From the human T2T-CHM13v2.0 reference genome, Homo sapiens, in assembly GCF_009914755.1 (NCBI RefSeq), contig NC_060934.1: a DNA stretch of 64,000 bases. One strand, 5' to 3'. The position numbers and the translations under genes are program-made. Positions 25,679 through 37,574 of the stretch are shown in pieces. The number at the start of each line of letters is the position of its first letter. Position 1 is the stretch's first letter. The notes under the pieces were generated by a model. The model was not told where the DNA came from. It was given only the letters and a program-made list of their open reading frames with translations, and did no database searches.

Positions 25679-28600
25679 TGAGAACTCAACAGAGGCAAAA
25701 GCAGTAGATTCTAACAATCAGTCGAAGTCCCCACTGGAGAAATTTATGGTCAAACTGTGTACTCATCATCAAAAGCAATTCATTCGTGTTCTGAACGACC
25801 TGTACACTGAATCTCAACCAGGCACTGAGGACCTGCAGCCTTCTGATTCGGGAGCAATGGATGTATCCACTTGCAATGCTGGCTGTGCCCAGCTCAGCAC
25901 CAAACATAAGGAAAAAGATGCTCTGTGTCTCGATATGAAGTCTTCTGCTTCTGTAGATTTGTTCGTAGACTCGTCAGACTCTCACAGCCCTCTACACTTG
26001 ACGGAACAGACCCCGAAGAAGCCTCCTCCTGAGATAAACCCTGTAGATGGAAGAGAGAATGCCTTGACTGTTGTCCAGAAAGATTCCTCTGAACTTCCAA
26101 CCACTAAATCGAATTCTATTAATAGCAGTTCAGTGGATAGTTTCACTCCGGGATACCTCACTGCATCTAATTGTTCCTCAGTGAACTTCCACCACATCCC
26201 TAAAATCTTGGAGGGGCAGACCACTGGACAAGAGCAAGACACAAATGTGAACATATGTGAGGATGGTAAAGACCATATGCAGAGTTCAGCTTTAGTAGAA
26301 AGTCTAATTACAGTAAAAATGGCAGCTGAGAATAGTGAGGAAGGCAATACCTGTATTATTCCTCAAAGAAATTTGTTCAAAGCTTTATCAGAAGAGGCTT
26401 GGAACTCAGGGTTTATGGGGAACTCATCTAGAACTGCTGACAAAGAGAATACTTTACAGTGTCCAAAAACACCTTTGCGCCAGGATTTAGAGGCAAATGA
26501 ACAAGATGCAAGGCCAAAGCAAGAGAACCATCTTCACTCTCTGGGAAGAAATAAGGTGGGTTACCATTTACATCCCAGTGATAAGGGCCAGTTTGATCAT
26601 TCCAAAGATGGTTGGTTAGGCCCCGGCCCTATGCCAGCTGTACACAAAGCGGCAAATGGACACTCAAGAACCAAGATGATATCAACCTCCATCAAGACAG
26701 CTCGGAAAAGTAAAAGGGCATCAGGGCTGAGGATAAATGATTATGATAACCAGTGTGATGTTGTTTATATCAGTCAACCAATAACAGAATGCCACTTTGA
26801 GAATCAAAAATCAATATTATCTTCTCGGAAAACAGCCAGAAAGAGTACTCGAGGATACTTTTTCAATGGTGACTGTTGTGAGCTGCCAACTGTTCGTACA
26901 CTGGCCAGAAATTTACACTCCCAGGAAAAAGCAAGCTGCTCAGCATTGGCATCAGAGGCAGTTTTCACTCCTAAGCAGACCCTTACAATTCCAGCCCCTA
27001 GACATACAGTAGATGTGCAGCTTCCCAGAGAAGACAACCCTGAAGAACCTAGCAAGGAAATCACCTCTCACGAGGAAGGAGGTGGAGACGTTTCACCTCG
27101 AAAAGAACCTCAAGAGCCTGAGGTTTGCCCCACAAAGATTAAGCCGAACCTGAGCAGCTCCCCTAGGTCAGAGGAAACGACAGCCTCCAGCCTGGTGTGG
27201 CCTCTCCCTGCTCACCTTCCTGAAGAGGACCTGCCAGAAGGTGGCTCCACAGTCTCAGCTCCCACAGCAAGTGGGATGTCTTCTCCTGAACACAACCAAC
27301 CACCAGTTGCACTGTTGGATACGGAGGAGATGAGTGTACCCCAGGACTGTCACCTCCTTCCCTCCACTGAAAGCTTTTCCGGGGGAGTCAGTGAAGATGT
27401 CATTTCTAGGCCTCATTCTCCTCCTGAAATAGTCAGTAGAGAAGAAAGTCCTCAGTGCTCAGAAAATCAGAGTTCCCCAATGGGCTTGGAGCCCCCCATG
27501 AGTCTGGGAAAGGCTGAGGACAACCAAAGCATCAGTGCTGAGGTTGAGTCTGGAGACACCCAGGAGCTAAATGTCGACCCACTCTTGAAGGAAAGCAGCA
27601 CTTTTACTGATGAAAACCCCAGTGAAACTGAGGAAAGTGAGGCAGCAGGTGGTATAGGAAAATTAGAGGGAGAGGACGGTGATGTAAAATGCCTGTCAGA
27701 AAAAGACACGTATGATACAAGCATTGACTCACTCGAAGAGAATTTGGACAAGAAGAAAAAAGGTAAAAAATTCCCTGAGGCCTCTGATAGGTGCCTAAGA
27801 AGTCAACTTTCGGATTCTTCCTCTGCTGACAGATGCCTAAGAAATCAGAGTTCAGATTCTTCCTCAGCTTGTCTTGAAATCAAAGTTCCTAAAAATCCTA
27901 GTGCAAAACGTTCAAAAAAAGAAGGGCACCCTGGTGGGACAACACCTAAGGGCCTTCTACCTGACAGTTTCCACACGGAAACTCTGGAGGACACAGAAAA
28001 GCCAAGTGTCAATGAACGCCCCTCTGAGAAAGATGCTGAGCAGGAGGGCGAAGGCGGGGGGATCATCACCAGGCAGACTTTGAAAAACATGCTGGACAAA
28101 GAAGTCAAGGAGTTACGAGGAGAGATTTTCCCCAGCAGGGACCCCATAACCACAGCTGGACAGCCACTGCCTGGAGAGAGATTGGAAATCTATGTTCAGT
28201 CTAAAATGGATGAGAAGAATGCTCATATCCCCTCAGAAAGTATTGCTTGTAAGAGGGACCCAGAACAGGCAAAAGAAGAGCCAGGGCATATTCCCACACA
28301 GCATGTGGAGGAGGCTGTGAATGAGGTAGACAACGAAAACACCCAGCAGAAAGATGATGAGAGTGATGCCCCATGCAGCTCTCTTGGGTTGTCGAGTAGT
28401 GGAAGTGGTGATGCTGCTAGGGCACCAAAATCGGTGCCAAGGCCTAAAAGATTGACCTCTTCAACCTACAACCTAAGACACGCTCATTCTCTGGGCTCCT
28501 TGGATGCTTCAAAAGTGACTTCAGAAAAGGAAGCTGCACAAGTAAACCCCATAATGCCAAAGGAAAATGGAGCTTCAGAGAGTGGAGACCCCCTAGATGA

Positions 28601-30020
28601 GGACGATGTTGACACCGTGGTAGATGAACAGCCAAAGTTTATGGAATGGTGTGCTGAGGAGGAGAACCAAGAGCTCATCGCCAACTTCAATGCCCAGTAC
28701 ATGAAAGTTCAGAAGGGCTGGATCCAGTTGGAGAAAGAAGGACAGCCAACACCAAGAGCAAGGAACAAATCAGATAAACTGAAAGAGATTTGGAAAAGCA
28801 AGAAAAGGTCACGGAAATGTAGGAGTTCATTGGAGAGTCAGAAGTGTTCTCCTGTTCAGATGCTCTTTATGACAAACTTTAAATTATCTAATGTTTGTAA
28901 ATGGTTCTTAGAGACAACTGAAACCCGGTCTCTAGTCATTGTGAAGAAGCTCAATACTCGCCTTCCAGGAGACGTTCCCCCTGTCAAGCATCCTCTTCAG
29001 AAATACGCTCCTTCCAGCCTATATCCCAGTTCACTACAGGCTGAGCGCTTGAAAAAGCACTTGAAGAAATTTCCTGGAGCTACCCCTGCTAAGAATAATT
29101 GGAAAATGCAGAAGCTCTGGGCCAAATTTCGAGAGAATCCTGATCAAGTGGAGCCAGAAGATGGCAGTGATGTCAGCCCCGGCCCTAATTCTGAAGACAG
29201 CATAGAGGAAGTCAAGGAAGATAGAAACAGTCATCCTCCAGCAAACCTGCCCACTCCAGCCAGTACCCGGATTCTTAGAAAATATTCCAATATTCGAGGA
29301 AAGCTCAGAGCCCAGCAACGTTTAATCAAGAATGAGAAAATGGAATGCCCAGATGCTCTGGCTGTGGAAAGTAAGCCAAGTCGTAAGAGCGTATGCATCA
29401 ACCCTCTGATGTCCCCCAAGCTTGCCCTGCAAGTGGATGCAGATGGGTTTCCTGTTAAGCCCAAGAGTACTGAAGGAATGAAGGGAAGGAAGGGGAAGCA
29501 GGTGTCTGAAATCTTGCCTAAAGCAGAAGTTCAGAGTAAACGCAAGAGAACAGAAGGCAGCAGCCCTCCAGATAGTAAGAACAAGGGGCCTACGGTGAAA
29601 GCCAGCAAAGAAAAGCATGCTGATGGAGCCACCAAAACCCCTGCTGCCAAGAGGCCAGCTGCAAGGGACAGAAGCAGCCAACCCCCCAAAAAGACGTCTT
29701 TGAAAGAGAATAAAGTGAAGATCCCTAAAAAGTCCGCTGGGAAGAGCTGCCCTCCCTCCAGGAAAGAAAAAGAGAATACAAACAAAAGGCCTTCCCAGTC
29801 TATTGCCTCGGAAACACTGACGAAACCTGCAAAACAGAAGGGGGCCGGTGAATCCTCTTCAAGGCCTCAGAAAGCCACGAATAGGAAGCAGAGTAGTGGA
29901 AAGACTCGGGCCAGACCCTCAACGAAAACCCCAGAGAGCAGTGCAGCTCAGAGAAAGCGAAAGCTGAAGGCAAAGCTGGACTGTTCGCACAGCAAACGGA
30001 GGCGGCTGGATGCAAAGTGA
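25679..30020 (+). CDS. LCOR: PALI1-specific terminal coding exon of LCOR (formerly C10orf12); PRC2.1 accessory subunit with PIP domain
   Basis: One leftover nt then an open frame ENSTEAKAVDSNNQSKSPLEKFMVKLC...KRRRLDAK* (1446 codons). With 111 upstream shared residues this gives 1557 aa. The numbering places W1125 at 28719, W1186 at 28902, K1219 at 29001 and K1241 at 29067, the residues I recall as PRC2/EED-critical. Met at 26277 gives the historical 1247-aa C10orf12. Confidence 0.96.
27786..27869 (+). repeat. In-frame 42-nt tandem duplication (DRCLRSQLSDSSSA / DRCLRNQSSDSSSA)
   Basis: Two adjacent 14-codon units, read directly. Confidence 0.9.
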
Positions 30021-32006
30021 TTGGAAAGATGGTAGCCAAGAGTAAAACTGTTCTATAGAAGTAACCTTTTATTTTGCATTAACTAAATCTGCTTTTATAA
30101 GCTTATCAAGCCTTTCAAATTTACAGTTAATGGAGAACACCGTAATTTGAGATGTCAGAAAATGCATCTCAGATGGAGAAGGGAACTTGCAGAGTCCTTC
30201 TCTGAGGCTAAGGGAAGTTATATATTATATTCTGGTTGTTCCTTGGGTTTTAAACTTGGAACCAAGCAGTTTTCGTTTTTAAAAGTACAGTGCCTTATTT
30301 ATCCTTTTTGTTTTTAAATTTACAAAAGCTAAAAAGCTGATCTATGTGATTAAAGGCTTGTATTTTATACTTGATGCACAAGCACTTGTACTGTAGCCGA
30401 GAAGACCACCATCATGCACATAAAAGGAGCTTTTCAGCAGCCACCCTGCAGCATCTGCCCACGAACAGATGCCCTTCTTTGCAAACCCCAGCAGTGAACT
30501 TCCCTCTCTGTCTTGTTTGTTTGTTTAGATGATGTTTGAAAGCTAAACCAAATCATTTTATGGTATGCAGAGGATTTATAATTATAAAAGATTACTATTT
30601 CTGTTACCCCCTTTTAAAAAAGATCATGTTCATTGTTGGTCCCTCCTCTCACCTTTGATGTTTTGTCATTTGAGAGCATGTATTCTAAATTATGTGCCCA
30701 TGGGACAAGAGATATGTCACAAGTGTTAATTTTTGTTTACAAACTCTAAAAAATCATTTGCATCCCCAAACTGTATTACTAATTCTCACCATCTTCTTCA
30801 TTTCTGGTCTTGCTAGCACTCCTGCAAGGCTTCCATCCTACTTCGGGAGGAAAAAGCCTAGGATTTTTTTTTTCCATCTTGTAGCTGTAATTTGATGATT
30901 AGGATGAAAATGACTCTTATTTTCTTTCTTACCCAGAGTACTTCCATATTCAAAGAAAGCCGAACTATTATTTCCAGTAATAGAAAGGTTTAAGAATATG
31001 TATGTCCATGTGTGTTTGGGTGCATTTGCATGTGGTTATCAGCCACAAATGTCTCCCAATCCCAATTTTACAGTAAAATTTTTTCCCTATGCAGTGTGCT
31101 TGGGTGTCCCTGAGTTGAGTAATTAGCAAAGGACAGATGGTTTAAAAGTAGCCCAGTGTCTCTGTGAGCATCCCCAATACCACTTTGGTACCAGACTCAG
31201 AAAGATCTAAAACAGCATGGAGTTATGTAAAGGTTAGAGCAGCCTTGCAGTTGGAGGAAGCAGCTCCAGCATCTGTGAAGAGCCCACACACCCCCTACAC
31301 CCAGAGCTGATGTTCAGCTGTATGCTCCAATGTGAATGTACTTGTTGGAGTAGACGTTCATTCTGATTGATTAACACCATCCTAGTAGTTAAATGCTTGT
31401 AGTATCACTCCTGCCATGTCATGTCAGGCTCTATTCCGTGTCTCAGAAGTGAGAGCCACAATGTTTTAATGACTTTGTTTGCCTTTCCCAGGTGAAGCCT
31501 GAGACAGGCGCATTGGCTTCAACCTAGTGCCTGTGACCTTGCTCCATTATTATAGTGCAGCGTGTACTTGACTTTTCCATTGGGCCGCTCTACAAAAAAA
31601 GGCTTGGTTGTTGAAGCCTCAGTCAGCTTCCTTAACCGGTTCTGTCACCAAAATCAGCTTGTATGGACAGCTGCTGCCCTGTCCTTTTTATTTGAAAATT
31701 TTCCATTTAGGTTGTTTCAGATCTCTTTAGATAAGCCCAGATGGACTTTTTTCATGCAAATCATGATAATACAGGCCTTCTACCCATTCTGTTAAAGGTT
31801 TGCTGTATATCATGGGAACTTCTGATGATTGGATAAGACTGGAGAAAAGTATTTGATTTGTGAGAAATTTAGAATTGTGTTGAATTTCATAGCTAGAGAA
31901 GCTTGCTGTCTTATGAAGCCCTGATTTTTTTTCATGTCTTCTCTATCTGATGAGTCTTTTTCTTTTTAGTATCTTTGACTTTGGCCATTCAAGAGCTACC
32001 TACATT

Positions 32007-32012
32007 AATAAA
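32007..32012 (+). terminator. LCOR: Candidate proximal poly(A) signal of PALI1
   Basis: AATAAA followed by GTGTGTATGTTGG. Confidence 0.45.
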
Positions 32013-33674
32013 ACTGCTGAGTGTGTATGTTGGCAACCCTTTCTCAGCATTAAGTTGCACAGAGGCATTAATGTGTTTTGAATAGGTTCATTTAATCTTA
32101 AAAAATGGTTTTAAGGTTTTAAAAATGTCTTTTCATATAGTTGTCACTGGATATTGTGTTTGTGGTGACTTAAACAGCTGATGTTTGCCAATGTCAGGCA
32201 TGCTGATTCCTGTACAGAAGAGGTGCCCCGTTGGCTGCATACCGACTACCTTGTAAGGTGCTTGGATTAGGTTAGGGAGAGGTGTAAGGTAGTAAGTGGG
32301 TGGAACTTTTCCAGTTCCAAGTTTGTAATTCATTCCATTCCTTTTCTAAGTTCTTTTTCATTTTTAAAAGCTCAGTTAAAGATAATAGCCTTCTTTCCCA
32401 TTCTAGGCTGTGTGTGAGAAAAGGTGTTAATGTGTATGTATGTATTTTATATACCTAACAATGCAATGGATCATCTTTAAAATCAACTTATACTTTATAA
32501 TAAGGACATTTAAATAGACCAAGAGTCTACATAATTATGACACTTAAAAGTTTAGAATTTTTTATATTTGTTGAATCTCATTTTTGCTGATTCAGTTAAT
32601 TTTGTTAATAGAAGAAAGAAAACAGCAAAACTTGAGGGCTAATCCTGCAAGGCCCTTTGATACCTACAGCAGGTACTGGCAAAGCAGTTTCCCAGATACC
32701 TCCAAGCTCAGGTGTGGTATTGACTCAAGTCTGCTATTGTTTTCCCTACCTTGCAAAAACCTTCTTCCCAGAGCCATCTTCAAGAATGGCTTACCACACC
32801 AGATGCAAAAGCAGTCCATCCCACATTCCGATCCAAATCAGAAAGGAATTCTCCTGGGTGTACACTCAGTGAAATGACTGTTCCAGTCTTGGGGCTGAAG
32901 TTGATGACCAAAGGACACTGGTATTCTCTGAGTTTCTGGAGAAGCTGGAAGATGCCTGGGAAGCAATCACTGAAGCTCTGCCATAGCTCCCGTAGAGGAG
33001 GGCCCTCTTCAGGACACCCATCTTCTATCCTACGAGACTCCCTGCTATAGATGGACATGCAGGAGACCACTCCCTCACTTGGGGTCCTGAGCCTCACCCC
33101 TAGCACTTCCTCAGACAGGTAACAATCTTGCAGCACAGCAGGAAGGTTGTGAACCTTTATTCTGCTCCTGAGGCTTCCTTCATAGGAATGCTGTCAGTTT
33201 CTGTAAGTCACCAGTCACTAGCCCCTTGGATTCCTTGTTAAAGACTTCTGTGCAGCCTTATCTAAAATGATAATCTTAGGCTGTGAGTCTCCTGCTGTAT
33301 TGTTCCTAAAATCGTATGGATAGAAGAGGTGCCCTTAGTCATCCCTTTACATATGTGGTGCTTTCTAATGGGATCTCTATGCATCACATACTATGCAGGT
33401 GAATTTCTCACTGTTCAGATAGGTCATCAGTAAAAGGCATCACTTCAAGATAATTACTTTGAATTGAGGTTTGGCCTCTTTTCCTGCTTTGTAATGGGTT
33501 CGGTCATGAGGGTGGGAGCTGTCATTCACATTTATGGGCAGCATTCCTGTTGATTAGTGGACCTAAGAGCCAAGTAGGAAAATATAGCATGCTATGTGAT
33601 ACAAGCTGGAGATGCTGTAGTGTTACTATCAGCAAGTTCTGTGCAGACTGCCTTTCGGATTCCAGATGATCTGT

Positions 33675-33876
33675 CAAGGGTCTGCCAACTGTGGGCTGGT
33701 CGCTTGTTTGTGTAAATAAAATGTGTTTGGAATATAGCCACACCCATTTTCTTAAGTTCTGTCTGCGGCTGCTTTCGCACTGCAAGAGCAGAGTTGAGTA
33801 GCTGCGGCAGAGACCCGTGTGGCCCTTACAGCCTAAGATACTATCTGGACCTTCAGAAAACATCTGCTGATCCCTG
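33675..33876 (+). mobile_element. MER58A-like hAT-Charlie MITE
   Basis: TGTAAATAAAATG...TGGAATATAGCCACACCCATT...GGCTGCTTTCGCACT...GCAGAGTTGAGTAGCTGC; degenerate TIRs CAAGGGTCTGCCAACT / TCTGCTGATCCCTG. Confidence 0.8.
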
Positions 33877-34559
33877 CTTGAGAAAGTCATCCTTTTCAGG
33901 AACAAATATTCTTGATTTTCCTTCTCTCTTCTGCCCTTTTCTCTCTGTTCTTCTTTACTTCTCATTTTCCTTGTCTCCATTTTTTCTTTTCAAAGGAGAC
34001 ATGTTATATCGATATGCACTACTATCCCCTTAAACTTGAGCAACCTTAGCATTCCATCTTCTTAAAAAAAACCATCACAGTAGCCAAAATGAGGCCACCT
34101 TACCGTATCGAGCCGGAACCCATGAGCAAATAGGGATTCAGAGTTCTAAAATTATGTGGCCTGGGCCTCTCATTTCACTCACACAGAACTGACTCTGGCT
34201 TTATTTCTTGTTTATTAAAGTAAGCCAAGATTTTGTTTCTGGTAAAATTAGTTGAGACTACTTTAGTTGGACTTTTAGTCCTCTGAATGTCACATTTAGA
34301 TATGGAAAATGTTTTTTCACAGAGTAGAAACAAAGTCTGATCACAATCCCAAAGCTTTGTTTATTCTTATATAATATTTTGGTACTGATACCTTTTCAGC
34401 CACATACTTTCAAAATAATTTTATTAAAGGTAAGCCAACAAATAAAACATAGAGGCTTTTGAAGTGCTTTAATATTGATTTAAAAAATTGGAGTTATAAC
34501 CAGAGTATGACTGAAAAGCTATTATAGTCTTCCTCCTTTTCCAAAAACTCAAGGATAAG

Positions 34560-34561
34560 GA

Positions 34562-34601
<40 letters not shown>

Positions 34602-34722
34602 TTTAATAGAGACGAGGTTACGCTATGTTGCCGAGGCTGATCTGAAACTCCTGGCCTCAAGCAGTGCTCCCACCTCAGCCTCCCAAAGTGCTGGGATTAC
34701 AAGTGAGCCACCGCACCAACCC
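34560..34722 (-). mobile_element. (TA)n + poly-T + Alu monomer (FLAM_C-like)
   Basis: Single-arm Alu AGAGACGAGGTTACGCTATGTTGCCGAGGCTG...GAGCCACCGCACC. Confidence 0.8.
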
Positions 34723-35070
34723 AAGTATGAGTTTCTATGCTGGTTTTTTTTTAATGTGATTCAATGTCCTGTCAGTGAAAAATTTTTGTCAGTGGCCCCA
34801 AATCACTGATCGTTTTAGTTGTTTTGAAACAATTATCATTTTGAATTCTTAGTATTACTTTGATGTCTTATTGTGACTTGATATCCACTGAAATACTGGA
34901 ATTTTTTTTAAGTATAAAATTGATCTGTGTAAGGCGGTCTTCATATCCTAGCAGTAAGTGCTATTCCCCATGCTTGCTCTCAAATCCTTTTCAGGGGAAA
35001 AATAAAAAGATTATTGTATTTAAAACGAGCAGAATTGTGGGAGGGCCTTCCCCTCCCCCTGCCCAGCCCC

Positions 35071-35333
35071 CAGACAGGGTCTCACTCTGTCGCCCCAGGC
35101 TGGAGTGCAATGGGCATATGGTCTTATCTATTAGGGTATGTAGTTTAAAAGTACAGTTTTTTGAAAGTATAGTCATCTTCATTTTTATGACGCCCACTGC
35201 AGGCTCAAAGAGATTTTCACACCTCAGCCTCCTGAGTAGCTGGGACTACAGGTGCATGCCACCACACCCAGTTAATTTTTTTTTTTTTTCCAGTTTTAGC
35301 AGAAATGAGGTCTCACTGTGTTGCCCAGACTGG
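35071..35333 (-). mobile_element. AluJ-like fragment interrupted by a ~80-nt non-Alu insert
   Basis: AGACAGGGTCTCACTCTGTCGCCCCAGGCTGGAGTGCAAT [insert 35111-35190] CCCACTGCAGGCTCAA...CCTCAGCCTCCTGAGTAGCTGGGACTACAGG. Confidence 0.8.
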
Positions 35334-35860
35334 GAAGTCTTTTGAGGCAGCCTTCAATATAATTCATCCTTTGAAACATCAGAACAGAGTCCTGTATTCT
35401 ACAATGGATGGATTGGAAGACTTGAGGATCCAGTCTCTTTCCTTTATAGATAATTAGACTCAGGCAGAAACTCAGAGCTCTCAGGGCTTTGCTGTGCTGT
35501 GCTGTGTCATGCCGTCCTGGGGCCCGGGGAACCACCCTGAGCACTTTGTGGAGTGTGTCCTTGCTCAGGCTTTTGCCTTGGGATTGAACCGAAGCTGCTC
35601 AGTTCCTTCCACTTACCTCCTCTCTGTCTGATCTTCCTTTTCCCAGAGCCTCAGTGCTTGATGCTCAGTGCTCAGGAGATGTCCTTTGCTCCATCCTTCA
35701 GAGGGGCAGTTGTGTAGTTATGCTGCCGGGTGAGCACAGACACACATACTTTCTCCCCTAGCTGGGACCATCCCACACGGGGTGCTCAATATGCATGCCT
35801 CATGAAAGCATAGACTGTCCATTTAAAAAAAAATCAGGTACTCATGGTATTACAATATGC

Positions 35861-36004
35861 CAGGGGTTGGACAAATGGATTTTTTACCCTTTTTTAAAGG
35901 GTTATGTAAAAAAAAAAAAAAAAAAAAAAAGCAACTATATGTGGCCCGCATAGCCTGAAATATTTACTTCCTGACCCTTTTGTGGAAAAGCTCTACTGAT
36001 CCTT
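35861..36004 (+). mobile_element. MER58B/C-like hAT remnant with A23 tract
   Basis: CAGGGGTTGG...TATGTGGCCCGCATAGCCTGAAATATTTACTTCCTGACCCTTT. Confidence 0.6.
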
Positions 36005-37449
36005 ATAGTAGTCATTAAAGATCAAATTGTGTAGACAGGCACAACTTTTTTTTTTCATATGCTCCAACATTTTTTTCATACAGTCCAGCAATTCTTTTAG
36101 ATTTTAGAGTGTCTTGCCTGTTCATCTCAGTACACAGCTGCTGTTACAGATTATTCCTGAATAATGCTTTTGCGTTAAGAAAAATTATCCCCCTTTGCCA
36201 GTTGTCTACTTGTTAATAAGTTGTGGGCCATGTGATCATATCTATTAGGGTATGTAGTGAAAACTAAAAGTGCAGTCTTTAAAAGTACAGTCTTCATTTT
36301 TATGAATCAGAGTGAACTTGACTGTGGTAGACATTCCATTAACAGCAGTTCAGCACAAACAAATTACTCATGAACTTAAAGCCAAGAATAGTGCCTCTCC
36401 CTGAAAGTATGCGATGTGTTGGTTTTACCCCTAGAACCCTTCATTTCTCTTTTGTATCATATACTTGAAGGTTTCTCACTCTTCAAGCTCTGGTCGTGAT
36501 ATGAGAACATAGATGCCTGGTGTTTGCCTGTTTGACTTTCGAGTGCAGACCACACATTCTCTTAAAAATACCAGCATGTCTGTGGCATCTTGTCAGGACA
36601 CCGGCAGCTTTAGACAGAACAAGTTCAGGGCTCTCCAGCCCAGCCCGAGTCACTGCTCGTTCTGAGGAGCCATCCTTGGCACCTTGCCCTCCCTCCTCCT
36701 GCCTCTGCTTATGCCGCCAGCCCCCTTCCAGGAGGCATATTCTCTGGGACAGTCCCCCACTTCCCCAGTGTGGCCCTGAACACAAATTTGTCACATTGGA
36801 AGCATTTTTCTCTCAAAACTCTTTTCCTCTAGTATTTAGTTGTTGGGTTTAAATGCTATTCAATTTATCCACTTTTTTTTAAACCCCAGTTTTCTGTGAT
36901 CTGCACCTCATAGTTGTCTTGTAGCTAAAGCTGAGGTATTTGGGAGCTAATTTTTGGGAAAGAGACTATACCAACAAGATTTGCATAATTTTTTATATTT
37001 ATACCACAGGTAGGGATTATTTTTAGAGTCACTATAGCTTAAGGTTATTGATTTCACTAGTGTGGTTTCTGCATTCTAAATAGTTCTCGGAGACTGTGTT
37101 AGTAACTGGTTTCAAATACATATATATAATATTTATACACACCACTGTGGAATTTATTTCACTGTGTAAATAGTGATATTTTCCTGTTCAGATACTTCTA
37201 TAGAAAGTATTTATTTTAACAAGAAAATTAACTGTCAAAAGGGCTTTCCAAAAAGTGTTCTTTCTAGCCACCCATCCTCCCCAGCTACCATGCTCAACCA
37301 TTGAGCCCCCAAACAACAGTGAAAGCAGAAAGGTGTGGCCTTGAAACCTTCACTGTATTTGGACAGATGCAACAGAAGCACGTCTCCCCCACTGTCACCC
37401 CATCCCACAACAAAGTGGGAATCCCATCATGGGTATGGCTGTGCCAGGC

Positions 37450-37574
37450 ATGGCATCGGGTGTGCCCCATGCAGCCTACTTCTTGCATGCACAGTTGGTA
37501 CATTTAGCTGTATGGCATCGGGTGTGCCCCACGCAGCCTACTTCTTGCATGCACAGTTGGTACATTCAGCTGTA
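37450..37574. repeat. 62-bp direct tandem duplication (2 copies, 2 mismatches)
   Basis: ATGGCATCGGGTGTGCCCCA(T/C)GCAGCCTACTTCTTGCATGCACAGTTGGTACATT(T/C)AGCTGT x2. Confidence 0.95.

Noticed and set aside
25746-30020. 1424-aa ORF as an independent intronless gene or retrogene
   Set aside because: The frame stays open upstream to a strong branch point and acceptor at 25678, and the residue numbering fits spliced PALI1. No promoter-like CpG island, poly-A remnant or TSD.
25686-30039. Many antisense and alternate-frame ORFs over the PALI1 exon
   Set aside because: Expected shadows of a long coding frame; short, with no independent signals.
35908-35930. A23 tract (and A21 at 3809) as transcript 3' ends or processed-pseudogene tails
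   Set aside because: Genomic A-runs without an appropriately spaced hexamer or TSD; likely internal-priming artefacts.
37450-37574. Possible CRISPR-like or structured-RNA array
   Set aside because: Two abutting copies with no spacers, in a eukaryotic context; a simple tandem duplication.
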